A DNA stretch of 64,000 bases from Bdellovibrio sp. (GTDB lineage Bacteria; Bdellovibrionota; Bdellovibrionia; Bdellovibrionales; Bdellovibrionaceae): assembly GCA_036677065.1 (NCBI GenBank), contig JAKFBS010000003.1:64001-128000 (forward strand), written 5' to 3'. Of this stretch, positions 9,856 through 18,816 are shown one piece after another. A program made the translations under genes and the position numbers. The notes beneath the pieces are model-generated. The model saw only the letters and a list, made by a program, of their open reading frames with translations. It made no database searches and was not told the origin of the DNA. Each line of letters starts with the position of its first letter. The first letter of the stretch is position 1.

Positions 9856-10128
9856 CTATTTAACTAAAGCTTTGAATTCAGCGCCAGCGCGGAATTTTGG
9901 AGCCCAAGCAGCAGGAATTTTGATTGCTTTGCCAGTTTGTGGATTGCGACCAGTGCGAGCTTTACGTTTAGCTTTAGTGAAAGTACCGAAACCAACTAAT
10001 TTAACGTCGTCACCTTTTTTAACAGTTTTTTTAACGTTAGCGATAAAGCAGTCTACTACGTTTTCGCATTGAGCTTTAGACATTTTAGTTTCAGTAGCCA
10101 TTTTTTCGATTAATTGTGCTTTGTTCAT
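9856..10128 (-). CDS. hup: DNA-binding protein HU
   Basis: MNKAQLIE, LVGFGTF, ARTGRNPQTG. Confidence 0.95.
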   Translation of the reverse strand: MNKAQLIEKMATETKMSKAQCENVVDCFIANVKKTVKKGDDVKLVGFGTFTKAKRKARTGRNPQTGKAIKIPAAWAPKFRAGAEFKALVK

Positions 10129-10292
10129 GTGAACTCCTGTTGTGTTATCTCTTGTTGAGATCGATGTAGTACATCCTGTTGTTGTTAATCTTCCGTGATG
10201 CCCACATCACAAAACAAAAAGTCGTTGTCGTCAATTAATTTTTGACAAATAAATTTCGACTTAGTTCTTAACAATAATTTAATGCGCGATTT

Positions 10293-12122
10293 TTATGTCG
10301 TTGAGAGATGATATTTCACGCTCGTCACAATTACATTTTTTTTGTAAATCAATGAAAGCTTGATCAGCCAAGCCGTTTGGTTATGCAGCAGTTGGTGATA
10401 CCATTTGTAAGTCACAAATTCAGGAAAAATCACAGTGATAAATTCACTCGGGTTTTCATTGCGAATATGATCAATAAATTCCAGGATCGGCGTAGAAATT
10501 GAACGATACGGAGAATCTAAAACATGCAACTTCATGTCTGGAAATTTCGCTGTCCAAGCCTCGTTCATGCGTTGCAACGAAACTTCATCGGTTTTAACGA
10601 AAATAACGCGCACATCTTTACTCATGCTTTTTCCATAACGGATTGCGTTCATAACGCCCAAATGTAGGCCAGAGATAGGAATCACGACCACGTGATCAGT
10701 CACTTCGCGGTCAACGATGTCGTAATGAGATTGTGAAAGTTCGCGCGCAAACATCACGTAATGGACATGAATGCGGTGAAACGCATACACAATCGCAGGA
10801 ATCGTAACGATCACCATCCAGGCGCCATGAGTGAATTTGAATGAACCAATCACGATCAATACGCAAAATGTGACAATTGTTCCGATCACGTTCATGATCA
10901 TCGAGCCTCTCCAGCCCTTTTCGCGCAGTTTCCAGTGATGAACGACCATGCCGGCTTGAGAAAGAGTGAACGATAAAAATACGCCCACGGCGTAAAGTGG
11001 AATTAATGAATGTGTGTGTCCACGAAAGATAATCACTAAAGCAATTGCACCCATAGAGAGTGCGATGATTCCGTTAGAAAACACTAAGCGGTCGCCCATG
11101 CTGATTAACTGGCGTGGAGCATATCGGTCAATCGCAAGTAATGACGATAGGCGCGGAAAATCCGCGTAGGCAGTTGAAGCTGCCATAAATAAAATTAAGA
11201 AAACTGAAATTTGAATAAAGTAAAAACCAAAACCGTTACCCATAACAGCCCGGGTTAAGCTTGCAAGTAATGTTATGCCTTCAATTTTAACGATGTCGTA
11301 AGAATTCACAAGATAAGTGATTCCGGCGAACATGCTTCCTAGAATTACAACCATCATCATTAATGTTAGATTGGCATTTCTAGATTGAGGGTGGCGAAAA
11401 AGCGGAATGCCGTTAGAAACCGCTTCGATACCTGTCAAAGCCGTACACCCAGATGAGAAAGCTTTTAACAATAAAATCAATCCGATTTCTGGCATGTTAT
11501 TCATCACCACGACATGGGGATGAATAGTTGTATCATCAGGGCCTCTAATTAAGCCCGTTAAGATTAAAGTGAAAATAGAAAAAATAAATAAGTAAGTTGG
11601 AATCGCAAAGATCGTCGCAGAATCTTTAACTCCGCGAAGACTTAGAACCATCAATAATAAAATAATCCACACGGCGGCGAAAACTTGCACTGACGCAAGA
11701 CTTGGAAAAGCTGAAACTAAATTCTCCATACCCGCAGACACCGACACGGCAACTGTTAACGTGTAATCAATCAATAAAGCCGCACCTGCTACTAAGCCGG
11801 CACCAGTTCCTAAATTATCTTTGGCAACGATGTAGGCCCCGCCACCATTTGGATAAGCCTTAATCGTTTGGCGGTATGAAAGCGTGATAATCATCATCAG
11901 CGCTAAAATTCCTAAGGCAATCGGTAAAGACCATGTGGTCGCAAAAGCGATTCCAGATAAAGTCAGCGGAATGATAATCTCTTCAGTTGCGTATGCAATT
12001 GATGATAAGGCATCGGCTGCAAGTAAAGCTAAGGCTTTCCATTTAGGAATAAGTTCATGAGCTTGTTGAGAGTTATGAAGTGGGTCACCGATCAGTATTT
12101 TACGAATTTTCGAAGCAAACAT
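10293..12122 (-). CDS. APC-family KimA-like potassium transporter
   Basis: DALSSIAYATEE, YPNGGGAY, ALTGIEAVSNG, SPYRS, LHNQ; ATG 12122 downstream of AGGAG. Confidence 0.85.
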   Translation of the reverse strand: MFASKIRKILIGDPLHNSQQAHELIPKWKALALLAADALSSIAYATEEIIIPLTLSGIAFATTWSLPIALGILALMMIITLSYRQTIKAYPNGGGAYIVAKDNLGTGAGLVAGAALLIDYTLTVAVSVSAGMENLVSAFPSLASVQVFAAVWIILLLMVLSLRGVKDSATIFAIPTYLFIFSIFTLILTGLIRGPDDTTIHPHVVVMNNMPEIGLILLLKAFSSGCTALTGIEAVSNGIPLFRHPQSRNANLTLMMMVVILGSMFAGITYLVNSYDIVKIEGITLLASLTRAVMGNGFGFYFIQISVFLILFMAASTAYADFPRLSSLLAIDRYAPRQLISMGDRLVFSNGIIALSMGAIALVIIFRGHTHSLIPLYAVGVFLSFTLSQAGMVVHHWKLREKGWRGSMIMNVIGTIVTFCVLIVIGSFKFTHGAWMVIVTIPAIVYAFHRIHVHYVMFARELSQSHYDIVDREVTDHVVVIPISGLHLGVMNAIRYGKSMSKDVRVIFVKTDEVSLQRMNEAWTAKFPDMKLHVLDSPYRSISTPILEFIDHIRNENPSEFITVIFPEFVTYKWYHQLLHNQTAWLIKLSLIYKKNVIVTSVKYHLSTT

Positions 12123-12158
12123 GAAAAAAAGACTACTCCTGTTGCTTGTGGCCTGCAA

Positions 12159-12404
12159 CTATTTCGAGTCGTCTGATTCGCCGTCGTTTAAAGCTTCGTA
12201 TAATTGCTCTAGTTCTTTTTCGTTGTATTCCTGGGCTTGAACGGGGACTTTATAGCCTTCGCTGGCCCATTCTCCGAGATCAATAAGTTTGCATCTGTCT
12301 GAACAAAACGGACGAGCTGGGTTTTCAGGTGAATACAACGCTAAAAGCCCGCATTGCGGGCATTTAACTTTTCTAACATTTGATGAATTTGAATTGTCTG
12401 TCAC
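12159..12404 (-). CDS. yacG: DNA gyrase inhibitor YacG
   Basis: CPQC...[19 protein letters not shown] 12404 avoids overlap with the upstream gene. Confidence 0.88.
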   Translation of the reverse strand: MTDNSNSSNVRKVKCPQCGLLALYSPENPARPFCSDRCKLIDLGEWASEGYKVPVQAQEYNEKELEQLYEALNDGESDDSK

Positions 12405-12411
12405 TCTTATA

Positions 12412-13173
12412 TTAAAGACCGCAGTTTTGACGTTGGCAACGAGTGAAGCTACCTTGCGCTGCAGGAACATCGCCGATTTTAAAGATAAATGGCAATGTGT
12501 TGTCTTGGATCTTTCCTTGAGCAACTTCGATAGTAATTTTTGTTCTGTTTAATCCTGACCAGTAGTCACCATAGCCGTTAGCTGAAAAACCTGCAGAATT
12601 GTTAATTGCAGATACCGCTAATTCTAATTGCAATGGATTGCGATAAACACCGTTGTATTGTTTAGGATCTGGTAAGAAAACACCAGTTACATAACCTAAA
12701 GCGATACCTAGAGCACCCCAACCAGATGGTAATTGGGCCGAGTAATTAAAATAAGGATTATAACGAGGTTGCGCAACGAAAGTAGCTAATACAGAGTTTC
12801 CGCCATTTGGAGGAAATTGAATAATCATATCCATTGAACCACCAACATAAGATTGGCAAGAAGATTGGCCACCGTTGTATCCGCCGGCGCGATCACAAAC
12901 GCCCATTCCGTATTTGAAAAACTCAGTCATTTTCGCACCGTTAACGATACGTAATGAAGAAGTTCCAGAGTATGTATCTGCGTAAAAACCATTTTGATAA
13001 TTGTATGTTGCAGGTTGCACGTAGCCACCGTTACCTGTGTAACAAGCTCCGTTGTAATATGTAGTACCCGCTGGGCATGACAAGTTCGTTTGGCCATCAT
13101 CACTATTGCCTTTGCAACTTGATAAACCACCAACCATTACTAATAAGCCTAATACATAAAGTACATGTTTCAT
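12412..13173 (-). CDS. Hypothetical Gly/Tyr/Asn-rich lipoprotein
   Basis: Lipobox LSSC; RBS AGGAG; Cys pairs. Confidence 0.8.
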   Translation of the reverse strand: MKHVLYVLGLLVMVGGLSSCKGNSDDGQTNLSCPAGTTYYNGACYTGNGGYVQPATYNYQNGFYADTYSGTSSLRIVNGAKMTEFFKYGMGVCDRAGGYNGGQSSCQSYVGGSMDMIIQFPPNGGNSVLATFVAQPRYNPYFNYSAQLPSGWGALGIALGYVTGVFLPDPKQYNGVYRNPLQLELAVSAINNSAGFSANGYGDYWSGLNRTKITIEVAQGKIQDNTLPFIFKIGDVPAAQGSFTRCQRQNCGL

Positions 13174-13245
13174 AAAAACTCCTCTGACAACCAGAAGAGT
13201 TACAATTAGTGTACCGAGCTTTTAAACAATTTATACGATCTGAGC

Positions 13246-13263
13246 TGTCAACAGATTTGACAG
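13246..13263. promoter_or_regulatory. Inverted repeat, candidate regulator site between divergent genes
   Basis: CTGTCAA-CAGA-TTTGACAG palindrome. Confidence 0.5.
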
Positions 13264-13371
13264 GGCCGTTATTTCAACAAGGATTGTCACTTAAAAGACG
13301 CGCTCCAATGTGATAAAAAAAGTGACCCTTATCAGAGCTTTCGCTAAGATTTTTACGACTGGAGATCATCT

Positions 13372-15210
13372 ATGAATACAGATCAACATTGGACAGAAAT
13401 TTCGAAGCGTTTAACCTGGATCAAACCCTGGACAAAACTTAAAGAAGTCTCATTTAAAAAACCAGTCAGTATCAAATGGTACGCTGACGGCGAATTAAAT
13501 GTAGCGGCGAATTGTATTGATCGTCATTTAGCAAAGCACGGTGATAAGGTCGCAATTATCTGGGAGCCAGATAACATTAAAGAAGAAGCTAAAAAAATCA
13601 CATATAAAGAATTACACGCTAGCGTTTGCCGGATGGCGAATATCTTAAAAAAGCATGGGGTAAAAAAAGGTGATTTCGTCACGATTTATTTACCGATGAT
13701 TCCAGAAGCTGCTTATGCCATGCTTGCCTGCGTGCGCATTGGAGCAGTTCATTCAGTGGTATTCGGCGGATTTTCTCCGGGATCATTAGCCGATCGTATT
13801 CATGATTGTGATTCTAAATTTGTGATTACTGCAGATGAAGGTTATCGCGGTGGCAAAACAGTTCCGTTGAAAAAAAATGTCGATGAAGCCTTAACAAAAG
13901 TATCAACTGTTGAAAAAGTATTAGTCGTAAAACGTACGGGTGGTGCGGTTTCACATACAGATAAAGATTTATCTTACGAAGAAGAATTAAAAACAGTATC
14001 TGCAGAATGTGCTCCCGAGACAATGAATGCCGAAGACCCATTATTTATTCTGTACACGTCAGGTTCAACCGGAAAACCAAAAGGCGTACTGCATACATCA
14101 GCTGGGTATTTAGTCTTCGCAAGCTACACGCATGAAAAAGTTTTTGATTATAAAGACAAAGATATCTTCTGGTGCACAGCTGATGTGGGTTGGGTCACAG
14201 GCCATAGTTATATCGTCTACGGGCCACTGGCAAATGCCGCGACCACATTAATGTTTGAAGGGGTTCCAAATTACCCCACATCTTCTCGTTTTTGGGAAGT
14301 GGTTGATAAACACCAGGTTAATATTTTTTATACTGCACCGACGGCAATTCGCGCGTTGATGCGCGAAGGCACTGAACCTGTGAAAAAAACATCGCGCAAA
14401 TCTTTACGCGTGTTGGGTTCAGTGGGTGAGCCGATTAATCCCGAAGCTTGGCATTGGTATTCTGAAAATGTCGGCGATAATCGCTGCCCCGTTGTAGACA
14501 CTTGGTGGCAAACAGAAACAGGCGGAATTTTAATTTCTCCGTTAGCCGCTGAAACTAAAACAAAACCAGGGTCAGCAACTTTTCCATTGCCGGGGATTGA
14601 AGCTAAAATCTTATCTCCTGAAGGTAAAGTGTTAGAAGGTGAGTGCGAAGGCGTATTGGCGATTGCTGATTCTTGGCCTGGGCAAATGCGCACGTTGTAT
14701 AAAGATCATAAACGTTTTGAAGAAACTTATTTTAGCACTTATCCGGGTTATTATTTTACCGGAGATGGCTGTAAGCGCGATGAAGATGGGTATTACTGGA
14801 TCACAGGGCGAATTGATGATGTGATCAATGTGTCAGGCCATCGTATTGGAACAGCAGAAATTGAATCAGCACTGGTTGATCATCATAGTGTCGCAGAAGC
14901 CGCGGTTGTGGGTTACCCGCATGATATCAAAGGTCAGGGCATTTATGCTTATGTGACTTTAAAAAATGGCGTTGACGCGACTGACACACTTAAACAGGAG
15001 CTAGTTCAACATGTACGTAAGCTGATCGGACCGATCGCTACTCCTGATAAATTGCAATGGGCACCGCAATTACCAAAAACACGTTCGGGTAAAATCATGC
15101 GCCGTATTTTAAGAAAAATTGCGGAAAATCAAACTGATAGCTTAGGTGACACTTCAACTTTGTTAGATCCATCGGTGGTTGAACAGTTAGTGGCTGGGAA
15201 GTTGAGCTGA
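13372..15210 (+). CDS. acs: Acetyl-CoA synthetase
   Basis: [31 protein letters not shown]. Confidence 0.96.
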   Translation: MNTDQHWTEISKRLTWIKPWTKLKEVSFKKPVSIKWYADGELNVAANCIDRHLAKHGDKVAIIWEPDNIKEEAKKITYKELHASVCRMANILKKHGVKKGDFVTIYLPMIPEAAYAMLACVRIGAVHSVVFGGFSPGSLADRIHDCDSKFVITADEGYRGGKTVPLKKNVDEALTKVSTVEKVLVVKRTGGAVSHTDKDLSYEEELKTVSAECAPETMNAEDPLFILYTSGSTGKPKGVLHTSAGYLVFASYTHEKVFDYKDKDIFWCTADVGWVTGHSYIVYGPLANAATTLMFEGVPNYPTSSRFWEVVDKHQVNIFYTAPTAIRALMREGTEPVKKTSRKSLRVLGSVGEPINPEAWHWYSENVGDNRCPVVDTWWQTETGGILISPLAAETKTKPGSATFPLPGIEAKILSPEGKVLEGECEGVLAIADSWPGQMRTLYKDHKRFEETYFSTYPGYYFTGDGCKRDEDGYYWITGRIDDVINVSGHRIGTAEIESALVDHHSVAEAAVVGYPHDIKGQGIYAYVTLKNGVDATDTLKQELVQHVRKLIGPIATPDKLQWAPQLPKTRSGKIMRRILRKIAENQTDSLGDTSTLLDPSVVEQLVAGKLS

Positions 15211-15313
15211 AGGCTCACCAGCTTATAAGCTGAGCTAGTATTGATTCTCAAGTGTTGTGCATTTGCGGTTCTAAGATTGATTTAAGATATGAGCGTAGTG
15301 CAAACTACGCTCT

Positions 15314-17149
15314 ATGAAAATTACAAGTTTATTATTAGTATTATTCGTTAGTCTTCAAGCCTTAGCCATTCAAGAAATTGAAGTGGTTGTTGCCGATCAA
15401 AGTTTTAGTTCTTCAAGTAAAGTGGTTATCACTGAAAAAGAAATTAAAAAATCGCATGTAAATAATATTTCAACGTTACTTTCTTCAGAAGCTAACGTAG
15501 CTGTAGCCAGTTCAAATTTTACGCCGAATTCAATCTATATTCGCGGTGGCGATACCAGCCACGTTTTATTTTTAATTGATGGAATTCCGTTTTATGATCC
15601 ATCAACAATTCAGCGCACTGTGAATCTTTCGACATTAAATTTACGTGCGATTAAAAAAATTGAAATCATTAAAGGCTCGCAATCTGTTCTTTACGGCGGC
15701 CAAGCACTAGCTGGTGTTATTAAAATTGAAACTTTTCCAACAGATATTAAAACCACTTCTGCTTTTATGCTTCAAGGTGGTGAACGTTTTGCTGAAATCA
15801 ACTTAGCTCAACAAGTTAAATTAACTGACGCGCAGGGTTTTGCCGGCAATATCAAAGTTTCAGATGCGCATAATAAATCGCCGGCTAAGGGTTCTTCAAA
15901 AACTTACCCCCAGCGTTTAACTAATGTCGATCTAACTTATATTAACCGCGATTTATTTTCGCCTGAGTACGAAGTTTTATTAAAAGGCCAGTACACTGAC
16001 GATCAAAGCCAGATTTCAACTTACGATGGGCCAACTGGTGTGGCGTTTGATACTGAAAATTTCGATGCCCAAACTGAAGCTGTAAATACCGGTGTAGTTG
16101 TCCGTAAAAAAGATAGATTTTCATTGGCGTTTTCACAACAACAAACCGATCGTAAATTCGAACAAGATGCGATTTCTGGTGGCGGCACAGCAACAGATGA
16201 AGTTTACGAAGGTTTATTGCAAGTTATTCGTTTGGATGTAAAAGCTTTTGAATCTGAAAAGTTTAAAATCGACACAGGTGTAAGTTTTAACCACGAAGAA
16301 TTATTTTATAAATCAACAGGTGTAGTGGGTGCAGATTATTTTCAAGAGTACGAAGGTATTTTTGTAAAAGGCGCTTATAAAGTAACTGACAAGGTCGTGA
16401 CAGAAGCCGGTGTTCGCAAAGAGCTCAGCAAAATGAAATCTGTGGCTGATACTTATCAAGTGGGTTTTTCATACGGAGATAATCTAAAAGTTGAACACTC
16501 GACGGGATTTAAATCGCCATCGTTGTACCAACAATTTTTCTCAACACGCGGAAATCCTGATTTAAAACCAGAAAATGTAACAACAACAGCTGCAACGATT
16601 GAAAATCAATTAACCGAAAAAACGCGTGGGGCTTTAACCGTATTTTCTTCTGAATATGAAAATTTAATTATCCCGCAAGGATCACCAAGTAAATACCAAA
16701 ACGTGGCAAAAACTGAAACGACGGGTGCTGAAGCTTATTTAAATTATGTGAATGAAGAACAAGCCTTAAAAGTTCAATTATCATTCGGTTACCAAGAGCC
16801 AAAAGATCATTCGACAGGAACATGGCTTGTGCGCCGTGCTTTAAGAACCGCAGCCTTAAAAGCAAATTATGACGTGAATGATCAAGTTGCATTGGGCACT
16901 GAAATTATTCATACCGGAAGCCGCCGCGATCAGTATTTTACTTTTACGCCGCCGTTTACGTTTGCGACGTTAACTTCGACAATCCCAAGTTATACTGTGG
17001 TGCATATCGTGGGAAATTATCTAGTGCGTCCTGATTTAAATTTATTTGCCCGTGCCGAGAATATTCTTGGTCAAGAATACCAAACGACTTATGGTTATTA
17101 TGTAGATGGCCCGGTGGTTCGCGCTGGCTTAAATTACTCGATCGAATAA
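15314..17149 (+). CDS. TonB-dependent receptor (BtuB-like)
   Basis: Signal peptide, plug IYIRGG..LIDG, IEIIKGSQSVLYG, GNPDLKPE. Confidence 0.85.
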   Translation: MKITSLLLVLFVSLQALAIQEIEVVVADQSFSSSSKVVITEKEIKKSHVNNISTLLSSEANVAVASSNFTPNSIYIRGGDTSHVLFLIDGIPFYDPSTIQRTVNLSTLNLRAIKKIEIIKGSQSVLYGGQALAGVIKIETFPTDIKTTSAFMLQGGERFAEINLAQQVKLTDAQGFAGNIKVSDAHNKSPAKGSSKTYPQRLTNVDLTYINRDLFSPEYEVLLKGQYTDDQSQISTYDGPTGVAFDTENFDAQTEAVNTGVVVRKKDRFSLAFSQQQTDRKFEQDAISGGGTATDEVYEGLLQVIRLDVKAFESEKFKIDTGVSFNHEELFYKSTGVVGADYFQEYEGIFVKGAYKVTDKVVTEAGVRKELSKMKSVADTYQVGFSYGDNLKVEHSTGFKSPSLYQQFFSTRGNPDLKPENVTTTAATIENQLTEKTRGALTVFSSEYENLIIPQGSPSKYQNVAKTETTGAEAYLNYVNEEQALKVQLSFGYQEPKDHSTGTWLVRRALRTAALKANYDVNDQVALGTEIIHTGSRRDQYFTFTPPFTFATLTSTIPSYTVVHIVGNYLVRPDLNLFARAENILGQEYQTTYGYYVDGPVVRAGLNYSIE

Positions 17150-17157
17150 CTAGAGTT

Positions 17158-17172
17158 GTCTCATGTTGAGAC
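17158..17172. promoter_or_regulatory. GTCTCA-N3-TGAGAC palindrome
   Basis: GTCTCA-TGT-TGAGAC; recurs at 33741, 40989, 41053. Confidence 0.6.
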
Positions 17173-17179
17173 GCAGGCT

Positions 17180-17206
17180 TAATAAAATCCAGGATTCTGC
17201 CGATAG
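17180..17206 (+). promoter_or_regulatory. Sigma28 (FliA)-like promoter
   Basis: TAATAAAA-N11-GCCGATAG just upstream of ATG 17215. Confidence 0.55.
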
Positions 17207-17214
17207 AGTCTTGT

Positions 17215-17601
17215 ATGAAAAAACAAAATACTTTTCGTTTAGGTGTGTTAGTTTTTGCGGTGATGGCTGTATCTGCCTGTTCGCCGTTTGGTAATCAATC
17301 ATTAATTCAAGATATCTCAAACGAGATAGGTGTTTTTATTCCGGGTAAAACAAGCACCAGCGTAATCTCGAGTGCTTCGTCGACCGGTACTGTTCAGTGC
17401 GGTAATGGTGGCGGTCAGATACCGTGTCCGAATGGTGAAGCTCCAGGAGCGCAACAGTACGCCGTAACTCACAGTGTGGGTGATACGTTTCAACAGGGTA
17501 GTTCGGCCTCTGGAACTCCTGCGACAGCGCAACAACCATTGGTTGGTGGCGTGCCATCAGGTTATACTGTGTTTTCAACGATTTCTGGCGAAGTTCAATA
17601 A
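17215..17601 (+). CDS. Small hypothetical lipoprotein
   Basis: Lipobox VSAC; Ser/Gly/Thr-rich. Confidence 0.75.
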   Translation: MKKQNTFRLGVLVFAVMAVSACSPFGNQSLIQDISNEIGVFIPGKTSTSVISSASSTGTVQCGNGGGQIPCPNGEAPGAQQYAVTHSVGDTFQQGSSASGTPATAQQPLVGGVPSGYTVFSTISGEVQ

Positions 17602-18309
17602 TCTTTTTATCAGATAGAGTGCGCTTACAAATAACAGCGCACTTAACCATTGCGAAATACTTAAATTCAGAATCAAAGCACCACGATCATCTTCGCGAAA
17701 AAATTCGATGACAAAACGATTGATCGAATGGCCACAAACCCAAGTTAAAAATACTAAGCCTGTCGGTAGACTTTTTCTTTTACTGATAAACATAATCGCT
17801 GCAATCAGAATTAATTCAGCTACAGCCATATATAGTTGGGTCGGGTGGCGGTTGGCGATCGCCCACGGCAATTCGCAGTGGCTACCATAACAGCAGCCTT
17901 CAAAAAAACAACCCACGCGCCCTAGGGCATAGCTTAACGCTAAGTACGGGGTTAAAAAATCAGCCCATACGTAGAAGTTTTGTTTTTTCGATTTTAAATA
18001 AGCCAGCACCGAAATTAAACTTAAAGCAAAGCCGCCATAAAAAACAAAGCCGCCCTTCCAAAATTTAAAAATCTCTAACGGAAATTCCTGATAAAAAGCC
18101 AACTCTTCATAAAGCACATGCACCAAGCGGCCGCCGATAAAGCCGGTGATCATGATGATCAGGGCCAAATCAAAGGTGATCTTACGGTCGATTTTAGAAT
18201 TTTGGTTAAGTTCAGCGTTAATCAGCAACAAGATAAAGGTCACTGATAACGAAATCACTAAATAGAATGTGGGAATTTGTATGAAACCAAAATCTAAGAT
18301 AGGTTTCAC
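17575..18309 (-). CDS. lgt: Prolipoprotein diacylglyceryl transferase
   Basis: GGFVFYGG, GRVGCFFEGCCYG, HPTQLY, RFVIEFFR. Confidence 0.92.
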   Translation of the reverse strand: MKPILDFGFIQIPTFYLVISLSVTFILLLINAELNQNSKIDRKITFDLALIIMITGFIGGRLVHVLYEELAFYQEFPLEIFKFWKGGFVFYGGFALSLISVLAYLKSKKQNFYVWADFLTPYLALSYALGRVGCFFEGCCYGSHCELPWAIANRHPTQLYMAVAELILIAAIMFISKRKSLPTGLVFLTWVCGHSINRFVIEFFREDDRGALILNLSISQWLSALLFVSALYLIKRLLNFARNR

Positions 18310-18815
18310 GCTGTAGGTTTCGTTTCTTCAGTTTTTTGTTCTTTTTCAGTCATAATCAAATAAACCAGAGCACCGACACCACAAACAATCGCCATATCAG
18401 CGATATTGAATGCAGGCCAAGTTTGGCGGTTATAAAAATGAAAATCAATAAAATCGACCACATAACGGTACTGAATACGATCTAAGTAATTACCAATAGC
18501 GCCGCCAAAAATAAATGACAGCGCAATCATTTGCGAAGTCTGTTTTTCTTTTAAGCCCCAAATGATGTACAAAATCAGCGAACAGGCTAATGGTGGCATA
18601 GATAAGAAAAACACTTCGCGAAAAACCGCAGGTGTCTGTGCTAAAATTCCAAAAGCAGCGCCGAAATTTCTGACGTATGTGATATTAAAATAATTTTCAA
18701 TCACGACACGGCTTTCATGTAACTGAAACTTCGTGTGCACTAAAAGTTTAGTGAGCTGGTCAGCAGCAATCACTAAACTTGAAATCGTCATTAGGTAAAT
18801 TAGCTTTTGGCGCAT
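18306..18815 (-). CDS. lspA: Signal peptidase II
   Basis: DQLTK, NFGAAFG, GAIGNYLDR, VVDFI, FNIAD. Confidence 0.95.
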   Translation of the reverse strand: MRQKLIYLMTISSLVIAADQLTKLLVHTKFQLHESRVVIENYFNITYVRNFGAAFGILAQTPAVFREVFFLSMPPLACSLILYIIWGLKEKQTSQMIALSFIFGGAIGNYLDRIQYRYVVDFIDFHFYNRQTWPAFNIADMAIVCGVGALVYLIMTEKEQKTEETKPTA

Positions 18816-18816
18816 G

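Noticed and set aside
13199..13216. Sigma54 promoter for the 12412-13173 lipoprotein (CGGTACACTAATTGTA)
   Set aside because: The -12 dinucleotide is GT rather than GC; too weak to call
15211..15313. Cobalamin riboswitch upstream of the BtuB-like receptor
   Set aside because: Only ~100 nt intergenic and no B12-box recognisable; just a short CAGCTTATAAGCTG palindrome
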